A DNA stretch of 64,000 bases from NCBI GenBank assembly GCA_963797735.1, contig CAWCQJ010000005.1, positions 4,812 through 68,811 of the forward strand, written 5' to 3'. The position numbers were made by a program, and so were the translations under genes. Below, piece by piece: positions 1 to 11,081 of this stretch (within the stretch, counting starts at the first letter, position 1; each line of letters opens with the position of its first letter). The notes beneath the pieces were generated by a model. The model had not been told where the DNA came from. It searched no databases and saw only the letters and a program-made list of their open reading frames with translations. The DNA is from an uncultured Chloroflexia bacterium (GTDB taxonomy: Bacteria > Chloroflexota > Dehalococcoidia > Tepidiformales > Tepidiformaceae).

Positions 1-25
1 GATGCCCCACGAATTCTCCGGGCGG

Positions 26-34
26 TGCTATAGT
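26..34 (+). promoter_or_regulatory. candidate extended -10 promoter (TGcTATAGT) ahead of the acnA leader
   Basis: TG-n-TATAGT lies at 26-34, about 255 nt upstream of the acnA ATG. There is no convincing -35. Sequence-only guess. Confidence 0.25.
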
Positions 35-288
35 GTTGGCGACCGTCCCACGAGAAGCCTGGCCCGGGCCCAACGGTCCCTTCGGGGAAGTCGCGGCAAC
101 CTGGCGAGACGGCGATACCGGACTAGCTTCCGGCAAGGGCCCAAGTACCCCCACGGTAAGTGGAAGGAGGCTTGGGACATGGGACTTTATCCGCCCCGCT
201 CATCACCATCCTTGTAACGTAACGGCTGTTCATCTCTCGCCGCGTGCGGCGGACTATGATTCGTCGCGATTAGTACAAGGACAGATCA

Positions 289-2970
<2,682 letters not shown>

Positions 2971-3038
2971 CCAACGAAGACCTCGGGACGGACGGACGTC
3001 CCACCACCAGTTCATCAAAACGTAGGAGCCCGTAACCC

Positions 3039-4259
3039 ATGGCGAAAATCAAGGTCACCAACCCGGTCGTCGAACTCGACGGCGACGAAATGACGCGGAT
3101 CATCTGGCAGTTCATCAAGGACAAACTGATCCTGCCTTACCTCGACGTCGAACTGCTCTATTTCGACCTCGGCATCGAGTACCGCGACGAGACGAACGAC
3201 CAGGTGACCATCGACGCGGCGAACGCGATCAAGAAGCACGGCGTCGGCGTGAAGTGCGCGACGATCACCCCCGACGAGGCACGCGTCGAAGAGTTCAAGC
3301 TGAAGTCGATGTGGAAGTCGCCGAACGGGACGATTCGAAACATCCTCGGTGGCGTGGTGTTCCGCGAGCCGATCATCTGCTCGAACATCCCGCGGCTGGT
3401 TCCCGGCTGGACGAAGCCAATCGTCATCGGGCGTCACGCTCACGGCGACCAGTACAAGGCGACCGACTTCCGCGTTCCCGGCCCCGGCACGGTGACCATC
3501 AACTTCGTACCCGATGGCGGCGGCGAGCCGATCAACCTGGAAGTCGCGAAGTTCACGGGCTCCGGGATCGCGATGGGCATGTACAACTTCGATGATTCGA
3601 TCCGCGACTTCGCTCGCGCTTCGTTGCGCTACGGCCTCGACCGCGGCTACCCGGTGTACCTTTCGACGAAGAACACGATCCTTAAGGCCTACGATGGGCG
3701 CTTCAAGGACCTCTTCCAGGAAGTCTTTGACGCCGAGTTCGCTGCCGAGTTCAAGAAGGCGGGCCTGACCTATGAGCACCGCCTCATCGACGACATGGTC
3801 GCGGCCGCTATGAAGTGGGAAGGCGGTTACGTCTGGGCCTGCAAGAACTACGACGGCGACGTGCAGTCGGACACGGTGGCGCAGGGATTCGGTTCGCTCG
3901 GCCTGATGACTTCGGTGCTCATGACGCCGGACGGCAAGACGTGCGAAGCCGAGGCTGCTCACGGCACGGTCACTCGCCATTACCGCGCGCATCAGCGCGG
4001 CGAAAAGACCTCAACGAACCCGATCGCCTCGATCTTCGCGTGGACGCAGGGACTCTCGTTCCGGGCGAAGCTCGACGGCACGCCCGATGTCGGCAAGTTC
4101 GCGGAGACGCTCGAAGCGGTCTGCGTTGAAACGGTAGAGAGCGGCGAAATGACCAAGGACCTGGCGCTGCTGGTCGCTCCGGACGCCCCGTTCCTGAGCA
4201 CCGAGGAGTTCCTCGATGCGCTGGACCGGAATCTGCAGAAGAAAATGGCCGCCTGGTAG
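3039..4259 (+). CDS. icd: NADP-dependent isocitrate dehydrogenase (eukaryote-like homodimeric type)
   Basis: Intact 406-aa ORF. The N-terminus [23 protein letters not shown] and [28 protein letters not shown] are typical of type II IDH. It ends in TAG. Confidence 0.93.
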   Translation: MAKIKVTNPVVELDGDEMTRIIWQFIKDKLILPYLDVELLYFDLGIEYRDETNDQVTIDAANAIKKHGVGVKCATITPDEARVEEFKLKSMWKSPNGTIRNILGGVVFREPIICSNIPRLVPGWTKPIVIGRHAHGDQYKATDFRVPGPGTVTINFVPDGGGEPINLEVAKFTGSGIAMGMYNFDDSIRDFARASLRYGLDRGYPVYLSTKNTILKAYDGRFKDLFQEVFDAEFAAEFKKAGLTYEHRLIDDMVAAAMKWEGGYVWACKNYDGDVQSDTVAQGFGSLGLMTSVLMTPDGKTCEAEAAHGTVTRHYRAHQRGEKTSTNPIASIFAWTQGLSFRAKLDGTPDVGKFAETLEAVCVETVESGEMTKDLALLVAPDAPFLSTEEFLDALDRNLQKKMAAW

Positions 4260-4262
4260 GCG

Positions 4263-4307
4263 CCTCACCCCCCGACCCCCTCTCCATTTCCATGGAGAGG
4301 GGGTAGT
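4263..4307. repeat. REP-like GC-rich hairpin element, copy 1
   Basis: CCTCACCCCCCGACCCCCTCTCC...GGAGAGGGGG hairpin immediately after the icd stop. Related to the copies at 5192, 5633 and 50064. Confidence 0.7.
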
Positions 4308-4338
4308 ATCCGGGTTCCGTTCTCATCTGGAGGAACCC

Positions 4339-5190
4339 ATGAAACTCGGACTTATTCCCGTCAATATCGGATTTCGCTCTTTCGAGCAGGTCGTTGAAAC
4401 GGCCGTCGCCGCAGAAGAAGCCGGGATCGAATCGGTCTGGACCTTCGAGCATGCAATCGTACCGGTGGAGTACGAATCGAAGTATCCATACTCGCCGACA
4501 GGGAAGATGGGCGCAGCGCCCGAGACGAACTTCATCGACCCGCTTATCGCTCTGACGGCGGTTGCGGCGGCTACGAAGAAGATTCGTCTCGGGACGGGCG
4601 TGAACATCCTCTCGCAGACGAACCCGCTCACACTTGCGAAGCAGTCGGCCAGCCTCGACCTCCTCTCCGGCGGACGATTCATGCTCGGTGTCGGCATAGG
4701 CTGGCTGAAAGAAGAGTTCGTCGCCATGGGCACGCCCTTCGAGCGTCGTGGCGCGCGCTTCGATGACTACGTCCAGGCGATGCGGAAGGTCTGGTCCGGC
4801 GAAGTGGTGGAGCACGAAAGCGAGTTCCTGAGCTGGCACGGTTTTAAGAGCTACCCGGTACCCGTTCAGGACCCGTTCCCGGTGATCATCGGTGGGAGCA
4901 AGGGCAAGATTTACGAGCGCATCGCGAAGTACGGAAACGGCTGGTATGTGCCCGGCGGCCCTGACCAACTCCCTGGGATGCTTGCGGAGATGCGGAAGTC
5001 TTGCGAGGCGATTGGGCGCGACCCGGCGGAGATTGAGATTTCGGCGATGTGGCCGGGCAAAGGTGGCACAGAAGCCATCAAGTCGTTTGCCGACCTTGGA
5101 GTACACCGGCTCGTTGTCCCGCTCGGAGCCGTAGCCGCCGGTGGTGCGGGGATGATGAAAGAGTTGACGGAGCAGGCGGGCGGCGTTTAG
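4339..5190 (+). CDS. LLM-class (luciferase-like) F420-dependent oxidoreductase
   Basis: 283-aa ORF with a GGAGGA SD 5 nt upstream of the ATG at 4339. LGTGVNILSQTNPLTLAKQSASLDLLSGGRFMLGVGIGW is the typical LLM core. Confidence 0.85.
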   Translation: MKLGLIPVNIGFRSFEQVVETAVAAEEAGIESVWTFEHAIVPVEYESKYPYSPTGKMGAAPETNFIDPLIALTAVAAATKKIRLGTGVNILSQTNPLTLAKQSASLDLLSGGRFMLGVGIGWLKEEFVAMGTPFERRGARFDDYVQAMRKVWSGEVVEHESEFLSWHGFKSYPVPVQDPFPVIIGGSKGKIYERIAKYGNGWYVPGGPDQLPGMLAEMRKSCEAIGRDPAEIEISAMWPGKGGTEAIKSFADLGVHRLVVPLGAVAAGGAGMMKELTEQAGGV

Positions 5191-5191
5191 G

Positions 5192-5239
5192 CCTCACCCC
5201 CTGCCGCCTCTCCCGCGACGGGAGAGGGGAGTCTAGTCA
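5192..5239. repeat. REP-like GC-rich hairpin element, copy 2
   Basis: CCTCACCCCCTGCCGCCTCTCCCGCGACGGGAGAGGGGAGTCTAGTCA lies between the convergent LLM and cupin genes. Its last 3 nt supply the cupin stop codon. Confidence 0.75.
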
Positions 5240-5611
5240 GATCCACCTATCGCCTGCGGCGGTGAGTTCGCCACCGGTCTCGCCAGTGTTGACCACGCCT
5301 GCCGGTTCGATCAGGAGGACGTGGCATTCCCCGGCTGCAACGGGGCGATGCTCAACGCCCTTCGGAACGACGAACAGCTCGCCTTCGCGGAGTGTCACTT
5401 TTCGGTCTCGCATCTCGATTTCCATGCTGCCCGCCAGCACGAGAAAGACTTCGTCGGTGTTCGTGTGGTCGTGCCAGGTGAACTCGCCCTGGAGCTTCAC
5501 TAGCTTGAGCTCGTAATCGTTCAGGGTCGCGACGATTTTCGGTGACCAATGGTCTGTGAAGAGCGCGAGCTTGGCGGCGAGGTTCACCGGAGTCGGAGGG
5601 TTGTGCGGCAT
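5237..5611 (-). CDS. cupin domain protein
   Basis: 124-aa ORF with [24 protein letters not shown] and [10 protein letters not shown], a cupin two-motif pattern. Confidence 0.8.
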   Translation of the reverse strand: MPHNPPTPVNLAAKLALFTDHWSPKIVATLNDYELKLVKLQGEFTWHDHTNTDEVFLVLAGSMEIEMRDRKVTLREGELFVVPKGVEHRPVAAGECHVLLIEPAGVVNTGETGGELTAAGDRWI

Positions 5612-5632
5612 GGTTAGATTTTAGCGGCTCTC

Positions 5633-5680
5633 CCTCACCCCCTGCCCCCTCTCCCGCGACGGGAGAGGGGCGTCTAGTCA
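5633..5680. repeat. REP-like GC-rich hairpin element, copy 3
   Basis: CCTCACCCCCTGCCCCCTCTCCCGCGACGGGAGAGGGGCGTCTAGTCA is nearly identical to copy 2 and in the same orientation. Confidence 0.75.
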
Positions 5681-5722
5681 TGAGTCATCACCGCAGACGT
5701 CACCAGTCTTGTTAATCGAAGG

Positions 5723-6952
5723 CTATTCCGCGGCAATTCGTTTCGTCACGGCTACGTTTGAGCCGAAGGCGAGGAGGACTGTGTTCGTCGCGGTGCGGCG
5801 GATGGCGATGCCGCGGCCGTCGGGAAGTGCGACAACAGCTTCGCTGCCAGTGGCGGCGCTGGGGGCTTGCAGCCACGAATCCATCGCTGACATGAACTCG
5901 TCGGCGTTCTGGGGCGAATCGAAGGCTACTTCGAGAGTCGCCACGGATTCGTCTCCGTTCTGGTAGAGCGCGTATTGGTCGCCGGCCCAACCGGAGGCTC
6001 CAGCGACGGCAGGGAGGCCCGTCAGCCGGAGCTGAAGAAAGTTTCGAAGGCGGAACTCGCCGAACGAGCTCTGGCTGACTCGCTTCCAACCGCTTCCGAG
6101 TTGATTCGAGAGGTCCGGGAGTTTGACCGTGGCGGGCTGCCAACCATCACCCAACTCCGGGTGGAGGATTTGTGCGGTAGTTATCCGGCGCCCTTCGAGA
6201 GCGGCGTTCGTTGCTGCGTTGCCGTCGAGTGAGCCTTTCAGGTCGACCCAATCGAGCCCGGAATCGTAGGGGAAGCGAAGTTCGCGTTCGAGGGCAGCAG
6301 GGATGCCGCTGCCGCTTATGCCGCGCTCCGGCACGACGCCGACGTTTCCGGCGTGATGTTCCGCAGCCCAGAGGCGCTCGTAGTGGACGGCATCGCCTTC
6401 GATGACAGCACTCAGGGCGAGCGACCAGTCGGGGTCTGCCGCCGCCCGAGACAAGAGGGATTCGAAGTTGTAGCTGCCGTCCTGGACGGAATGAACCAGC
6501 TCGTGAGCGACCGTGGACTGGAGGGTGGGTTCGAACGAGGCGAAGTCGAGACCGGAGTCTTCGTCGACCAGCCAGAGAATTTTGTCCGAGGGCCGGTAGA
6601 AACCGATGACGGCGCGGGCGGCGAAGTCGAGGTAGAGCTGCTCGTAGTCGTCGTTCGGGCCGATGAGACCCATGAGGCGGTAGAGCGCCGTCAGTTGTTC
6701 GAACGCGGCCCTGTCTTCGTCTGAGAGCATTCCGGCGATTAAGGCCCGGACCTGGTCGCGGGGAGTGGTCGCGGCCTTGATGTCGGTTGGCGCTGGCAGA
6801 GCACGGAGTTTGGCGACGTCTTCAAGTACCTGGTGGAGTGCGGGCGTGAGCGGATCGCCTCCCGACGGCGGAGGTTCTTTCGATTTGGAACCGCTGCAGG
6901 CGGTGTTAGCGACGAGCGCGATGGCGAGCGATGCCAGCGCCGCCGTGCGCCA
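5723..6952 (-). CDS. putative lipoprotein zinc metalloprotease (HExxH); start codon unresolved
   Basis: The ORF contains AHELVHSVQD (HExxH). It has a lipoprotein-type signal, RRWRTAALASLAIALVANTAC, with no in-frame ATG, GTG or TTG. The only ATG (6953..6951) is one base out of frame. The long ORF extension to 7495 runs antisense through tRNA-Glu and is not real. Confidence 0.6.
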   Translation of the reverse strand, partial: WRTAALASLAIALVANTACSGSKSKEPPPSGGDPLTPALHQVLEDVAKLRALPAPTDIKAATTPRDQVRALIAGMLSDEDRAAFEQLTALYRLMGLIGPNDDYEQLYLDFAARAVIGFYRPSDKILWLVDEDSGLDFASFEPTLQSTVAHELVHSVQDGSYNFESLLSRAAADPDWSLALSAVIEGDAVHYERLWAAEHHAGNVGVVPERGISGSGIPAALERELRFPYDSGLDWVDLKGSLDGNAATNAALEGRRITTAQILHPELGDGWQPATVKLPDLSNQLGSGWKRVSQSSFGEFRLRNFLQLRLTGLPAVAGASGWAGDQYALYQNGDESVATLEVAFDSPQNADEFMSAMDSWLQAPSAATGSEAVVALPDGRGIAIRRTATNTVLLAFGSNVAVTKRIAAE

Positions 6953-7006
6953 TCGCCGGCCGATTCCTTGCCCGCGAGGAGTGGTCGCGGATATCCTGAG
7001 CGGTAC

Positions 7007-7083
7007 GGCGCATTCGTCTAGTGGCCTAGGACACCGCCCTCTCAAGGCGGAGATCAGGGGTTCGAATCCCCTATGCGCTACCA
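7007..7083 (+). tRNA. tRNA-Glu (anticodon CUC), CCA encoded
   Basis: Hand-folded cloverleaf: acceptor GGCGCAT/ATGCGCT, anticodon stem CCGCC/GGCGG with loop CTCTCAA, T-loop GGTTCGAATCC. Confidence 0.9.
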
Positions 7084-7095
7084 GCGTGAATAGTG

Positions 7096-7127
7096 CGAGC
7101 AGGGCAAGCGCCCTGCTCGTTTCATTT
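7096..7127 (+). terminator. intrinsic terminator after tRNA-Glu(CUC)
   Basis: CGAGCAGGGC-AAGC-GCCCTGCTCG hairpin followed by TTTCATTTCT. Confidence 0.7.
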
Positions 7128-7189
7128 CTCCCAAAAGCCGTCTTTCGTAACATTCGCGGGGGTATCGAGACTCCTCGCTGGAGAGTGTC

Positions 7190-7435
7190 ATGGCATTTGT
7201 GGATGAGGCAACCGCAGCGCTTTACCAGGAGGCCTGGGATGCGTGGTTCAAACAGATCGAACATGTGCATCGCGTGTTTCTCGGCGACGAGCGTCCTAAG
7301 CCAGATCAGCTGAAGGGCCTGCTGAATCGCGAGGCGCGAGCCAAGGAGAAATACGAGGCAGCCCGGCTGAAGCTGCTCGGGCTCGACGAATCGGGCGATG
7401 TTCCCGCCGACCCGGACGCGAACCCATTCAAGTAA
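7190..7435 (+). CDS. hypothetical protein (81 aa, helical, charged)
   Basis: Clean ORF with coding-like codon usage. No recognisable motif. Confidence 0.5.
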   Translation: MAFVDEATAALYQEAWDAWFKQIEHVHRVFLGDERPKPDQLKGLLNREARAKEKYEAARLKLLGLDESGDVPADPDANPFK

Positions 7436-7483
7436 AGCCGTCCTCACCGAACCTAGCACCGGACCGGGGGTAAAATCAGCGCG

Positions 7484-8497
7484 ATGGCAACTCAACGCGC
7501 CTTCGGGCGGCCATTAACTTCGCGCGCGAACCTCTACCTCCTGTTCGCAATCCTTGTGCTGGTCCCGGTCGTGGCATTCAGCATCGGGCCGCTTTCGGGT
7601 TCGAGCTTCAGCCTCGACGGGCCGGGCGGTCCGTTCCTCGCGTTTTCGGCTGGTGTGCTTTCGTTTGTCTCGCCCTGCGTGCTCCCGATGGTGCCGATCT
7701 TCATCGCGCAGATTTCGGGTTCGAGCATCCAGAACGGCAACTTCACCGCTGACCGGCGGGTGACCTTCACCCACGCCGTCGCCTTCGTAACCGGGCTTTC
7801 AATCGTCTTCATTTCTCTTGGGGCGGCGGCAGGATTGCTGGGTTCCTACTTCCTGGTGGACAACCAGCGCGAACTTGGGGACATTGCCGGGACTGTCCTG
7901 GTCTTGATGGGCGTGCTGGTCGTCCCGCCGCGGGGCCGCGCAGACCCGCTGAAGTCAGCGCTACTGCTGGTCGCGCTCACCGGCGTCTATTTGTTCCTCG
8001 CAGAGGTAGCCCGGCTCCAGGGAGACAGCTCCAGGCTGTTTCTGTTGGGCCTTGTCCTACTCGCCGTTTGGTTGCGATTCGCCGGCTATCTACAGCTGGC
8101 GTTGTTCTCGCGGACAGTGGAGGTACGCATCGGGTCGAACCGGCCGATCGGCTACTTGCGGTCGGCGTTCGTTGGCGGCGCGTTCGGCCTCGGCTGGACG
8201 CCATGCGTTGGCCCCATCCTTGGGAGCATCCTCACGCTGGCGGCCGATTCCGGTGGGGCGCTGCGCGGTACGTACCTGCTCACCTGGTACTCGCTGGGGC
8301 TGGCAGTGCCGTTCCTAATTGCCGGGCTGGCAGTGTCGGACGTGAACCGGTTCATGCGGAAGATTCAGCCGTATACGCCAGCGATCGAGGTGCTGAGCGG
8401 ACTGATGCTCATCGGGGTTGGGGTGCTGCTCATTTCGGGACGGCTCACCGGTCTGAACGACCTGTTCTCGTTCGCGGACTTCAACCAGGGACTCTGA
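7484..8497 (+). CDS. ccdA: cytochrome c biogenesis protein CcdA / DsbD-family thiol-disulfide transporter
   Basis: Polytopic membrane ORF with FVSPCVLPMVPIF and GLGWTPCVGPILGSIL, the two conserved Cys motifs. At 337 aa it is longer than typical CcdA. Confidence 0.85.
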   Translation: MATQRAFGRPLTSRANLYLLFAILVLVPVVAFSIGPLSGSSFSLDGPGGPFLAFSAGVLSFVSPCVLPMVPIFIAQISGSSIQNGNFTADRRVTFTHAVAFVTGLSIVFISLGAAAGLLGSYFLVDNQRELGDIAGTVLVLMGVLVVPPRGRADPLKSALLLVALTGVYLFLAEVARLQGDSSRLFLLGLVLLAVWLRFAGYLQLALFSRTVEVRIGSNRPIGYLRSAFVGGAFGLGWTPCVGPILGSILTLAADSGGALRGTYLLTWYSLGLAVPFLIAGLAVSDVNRFMRKIQPYTPAIEVLSGLMLIGVGVLLISGRLTGLNDLFSFADFNQGL

Positions 8498-8588
8498 CCA
8501 TTTCGGATTTTGGATTGTGGATTGGGTTGAGGTGGCCGCGCGGTCCCGGTGGAAGCTAACACTGGACCGGTGATACGCTCTCCTGCGC

Positions 8589-8665
8589 GGCGCGTTCGTC
8601 TAGAGGCCCAGGACGCCGCCCTTTCAAGGCGGAGATCAGGGGTTCGAATCCCCTACGCGCTACCA
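8589..8665 (+). tRNA. tRNA-Glu (anticodon UUC), CCA encoded
   Basis: Paralog of the 7007 tRNA with anticodon loop CTTTCAA. It has a compensatory acceptor-stem change (G6-C67 instead of A6-T67). Confidence 0.9.
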
Positions 8666-8779
8666 CTCTCCCCTCGCCGCACAAACCCGTTTTCTGTCCC
8701 TCGTGGCCGATGGCTGCTCGATCGGGGGTTTGTCCCTGGTTGTTACGATCTAAGGGAACCTTTCGCAAAGGACCCTGAA

Positions 8780-9187
8780 ATGGAACACCGACTCAGCAGC
8801 ACGCTTTCTCCGCCCTGGCGATTTGGCATCGTTGGAATACTCTCGGCGGCCGTTATCGCCGGGCTCGCCGTCTGGTCCCTGGCCAGGTTGCTTGGCGTTG
8901 ATATTGAGGCGGAACAGAACGGAGAACTTCGAACCATCGGTCCGGCCGAAGTGGCCTTCGCCGCACTCGTCGGCGGATTATTGGCATGGGCGGTCCACTG
9001 GCTGCTGGACAAGAGCGGACATCTCAACTGGTGGCCGATCGTTGGCAGCACCGCTCTCGCGATTTCGATTATCGGTCCGAGTTATCTTGCCGATGGCAGT
9101 TCGGCTGTTGCCCTGATCGCGATGCACTTCGCGGTGGCGGTTGTACTCATTTTTGGATTGAGCCGGGTTCGACCCCGCAACGAATGA
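8780..9187 (+). CDS. hypothetical membrane protein (about 4 TM)
   Basis: Internal ATG at 8780 downstream of the tRNA. It has four hydrophobic segments. The upstream part of ORF 8549-9187 overlaps the tRNA and is rejected. Confidence 0.55.
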   Translation: MEHRLSSTLSPPWRFGIVGILSAAVIAGLAVWSLARLLGVDIEAEQNGELRTIGPAEVAFAALVGGLLAWAVHWLLDKSGHLNWWPIVGSTALAISIIGPSYLADGSSAVALIAMHFAVAVVLIFGLSRVRPRNE

Positions 9188-9205
9188 TGTTCGCCACAGC
9201 TGAAC

Positions 9206-9691
9206 CTAGGCCAACAATTCGGCGGCGTGGCCATCGAGGTGGCCGATGAGGACGGGGATCATGTCCGCGAGCGGTGTTGGCCGGCCGCGGAAGGGCATCG
9301 GGCGGTCGCGTTGCTCGGGAGTGAGGGTTCGCAAAAGACCGATGAGGGCGGCGCGGTTCTGACGCATCTCCTCGAGCAGTGCTTCGACTTCGATGCCGGT
9401 GCGTTCGTTGACTCGCGCGCGATTCCAGTCGTGGACTTCGAGCTCGGCGGCATGTTCCAGGTCGTCGCCGGGTTCGGGGATCCCGGCCCCAATGCGAATT
9501 CTGACGAGCTGACGGAGGTCGTTGGCGGCCATGTGCGCCAGGAGCTGGCGGCGTGTCCACGCGCCGTCGCCGGTGTGGATGACTTCGTCCCAGCCAGCGG
9601 GGGCGACTCCGTGGACCGAGTCGATGACGCGCGCAAGAGAGTCGTTGAGTTCCTGCAGCATCGATTCAAATTCCGATTGCGAAAGCGCCAT
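9206..9691 (-). CDS. DinB-family (DinB_2 / maleylpyruvate isomerase N-terminal-like) protein
   Basis: 161-aa four-helix-type ORF with WTRRQLLAHMA and IGHLDGHAAEL, a histidine-triad pattern. Confidence 0.7.
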   Translation of the reverse strand: MALSQSEFESMLQELNDSLARVIDSVHGVAPAGWDEVIHTGDGAWTRRQLLAHMAANDLRQLVRIRIGAGIPEPGDDLEHAAELEVHDWNRARVNERTGIEVEALLEEMRQNRAALIGLLRTLTPEQRDRPMPFRGRPTPLADMIPVLIGHLDGHAAELLA

Positions 9692-9706
9692 TCGAACGAC
9701 CTCGGC

Positions 9707-11068
9707 CTAGAAGATTGGGCCTTTGCTCGGGGATTCCTCAGTCGATTCGCCGAGGAGGGACTCTACGGTCAGCACGCCGGCACCCTTGAGGACCTGGCGC
9801 CGGATACCCAGCAAGGTTGCCTCGTCCGCTCCCGCAAGTGCGCGCTTCACGAGTTCGAAGAGCGTTCGGGTTGAGAGCAGGCTGTACCGGTAGTTCTCGC
9901 AGGCGACGCGGAGTGGGCCGCTGAATTCTTCATCGCGCTGTTCGGGATCCTTTTCGCGATAGCCGTTGGCGATGACGATCCCCTTAAGCAGTTCGGAATT
10001 CTTGAGCAGGTGTTCTTCGAGGCGGCGCTGGACGCGGATATAGGGCCATTCAACGACCTGTTCGCGGGCGCTTTCGAGTTCGAGCAGGGCTTTGGTGCCT
10101 TCGTGTTCGAGCGAGATGGGGTCGCCGGGGGTGTGGTCCACGGTGAAGCCAAGCAGACGGAGCGCTTCGACCACGGCACCGGCGAACGACTGGCCATCCT
10201 CCCAGAGGAGGCGGCGGTGGCGGGCGACGGTGTCATGGCGCTCGCGGACGGCCTGCTCCCTGGAATTCGCTTCTTCAGCGGCGGCTGCGGCTTCTTCGAG
10301 TTCGGCTTCGACCTGTTCGAGGCCCGGAAGCGCCTGAGAGCGAACCCAGTAGGGCTCCTGTGCGCCGAATTCGCTTCCAGCGTGGCGGGTGCAGGCATCC
10401 ACCATCGCCTGGGCCAAGTCCGACTTGTTCGCGTACGAGCTCTCGGCCATCACGGGCAGGAAGAGGACTCGGCCGCCAAGGACGGAAAACTCGACGGCAA
10501 TCGGAGTCCCGGCGCCGCCGGTGGCGAGCACGCGGGCAACCTTGCGAACTTCGGCCTGACGGTCATCGAAGATGGCGCGGTAACCGACTTCTTTGCGGAA
10601 TTCGCGCAGGAGCGGGACGAATGGGTGCTCTTCGGTGCCGGAGATTCGGACAGTCTTGCCCTCGGAGGGTTTCAGGTATGGCGCGCCCCAGGAGAGGCCA
10701 CCGGGTGCCGGGAGCCAGTGGTATCGGTCCAGGCCTTCGAAGCCGAGAACTCCGCCCTGGACAGCGTTGGGCCGGGCGAGGACGACGACGAGGCCCCCTG
10801 ATTCGAGCAGTCTCGATGTCTCGTCGATGCGCCGGCGATACTGTTCGGCGGCGCCAACCGACGAAGCGGTGGTCGGCGCATTGATGATCGGGCGGCCGTC
10901 ATAGGCTTCGAACTGCTTCTCGATGTCGCCGAGGTCGGCAGCCGACCTTGTCACGCTGGCCGGATCGACGATGAGTGCGTCGTAGTCGTTGTAGCTCGGG
11001 GCCGTCAGCGGGTTGTAGTTATCAATCTCTTTATTCGGGAGAGGAAATCCAATCGAGAGGATGCGCAT
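9707..11068 (-). CDS. uncharacterised 453-aa protein: N-terminal alpha/beta module, coiled coil, C-terminal nuclease-fold-like module
   Basis: ATG at 11068 with an AAAGGTGA SD, 13 nt after the galU stop. The central segment EQVEAELEEAAAAAEEANSREQAVRERH looks coiled-coil. The C-terminal LLWEDGQSFAGAVVEALRLLGFTV...ALLELES resembles restriction-endonuclease-fold proteins, but the lysine of the ExK motif is not evident. Confidence 0.6.
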   Translation of the reverse strand: MRILSIGFPLPNKEIDNYNPLTAPSYNDYDALIVDPASVTRSAADLGDIEKQFEAYDGRPIINAPTTASSVGAAEQYRRRIDETSRLLESGGLVVVLARPNAVQGGVLGFEGLDRYHWLPAPGGLSWGAPYLKPSEGKTVRISGTEEHPFVPLLREFRKEVGYRAIFDDRQAEVRKVARVLATGGAGTPIAVEFSVLGGRVLFLPVMAESSYANKSDLAQAMVDACTRHAGSEFGAQEPYWVRSQALPGLEQVEAELEEAAAAAEEANSREQAVRERHDTVARHRRLLWEDGQSFAGAVVEALRLLGFTVDHTPGDPISLEHEGTKALLELESAREQVVEWPYIRVQRRLEEHLLKNSELLKGIVIANGYREKDPEQRDEEFSGPLRVACENYRYSLLSTRTLFELVKRALAGADEATLLGIRRQVLKGAGVLTVESLLGESTEESPSKGPIF

Positions 11069-11081
11069 GCAGCGTTCACCT

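Noticed and set aside
6953-7495. N-terminal 180 aa of the 590-aa ORF 5723-7495, and the N-terminus of ORF 8549-9187
   Set aside because: They run antisense or sense through the tRNA-Glu genes (peptide GFEPLISALRGR is antisense tRNA) and through another gene's region. The real genes start downstream.
8505-8526. GGATT heptad repeated three times (GGATTTT GGATTGT GGATTGG) after ccdA
   Set aside because: It is too short to call a repeat element or a CRISPR, and it could be chance. It is noted only as a possible protein-binding site.
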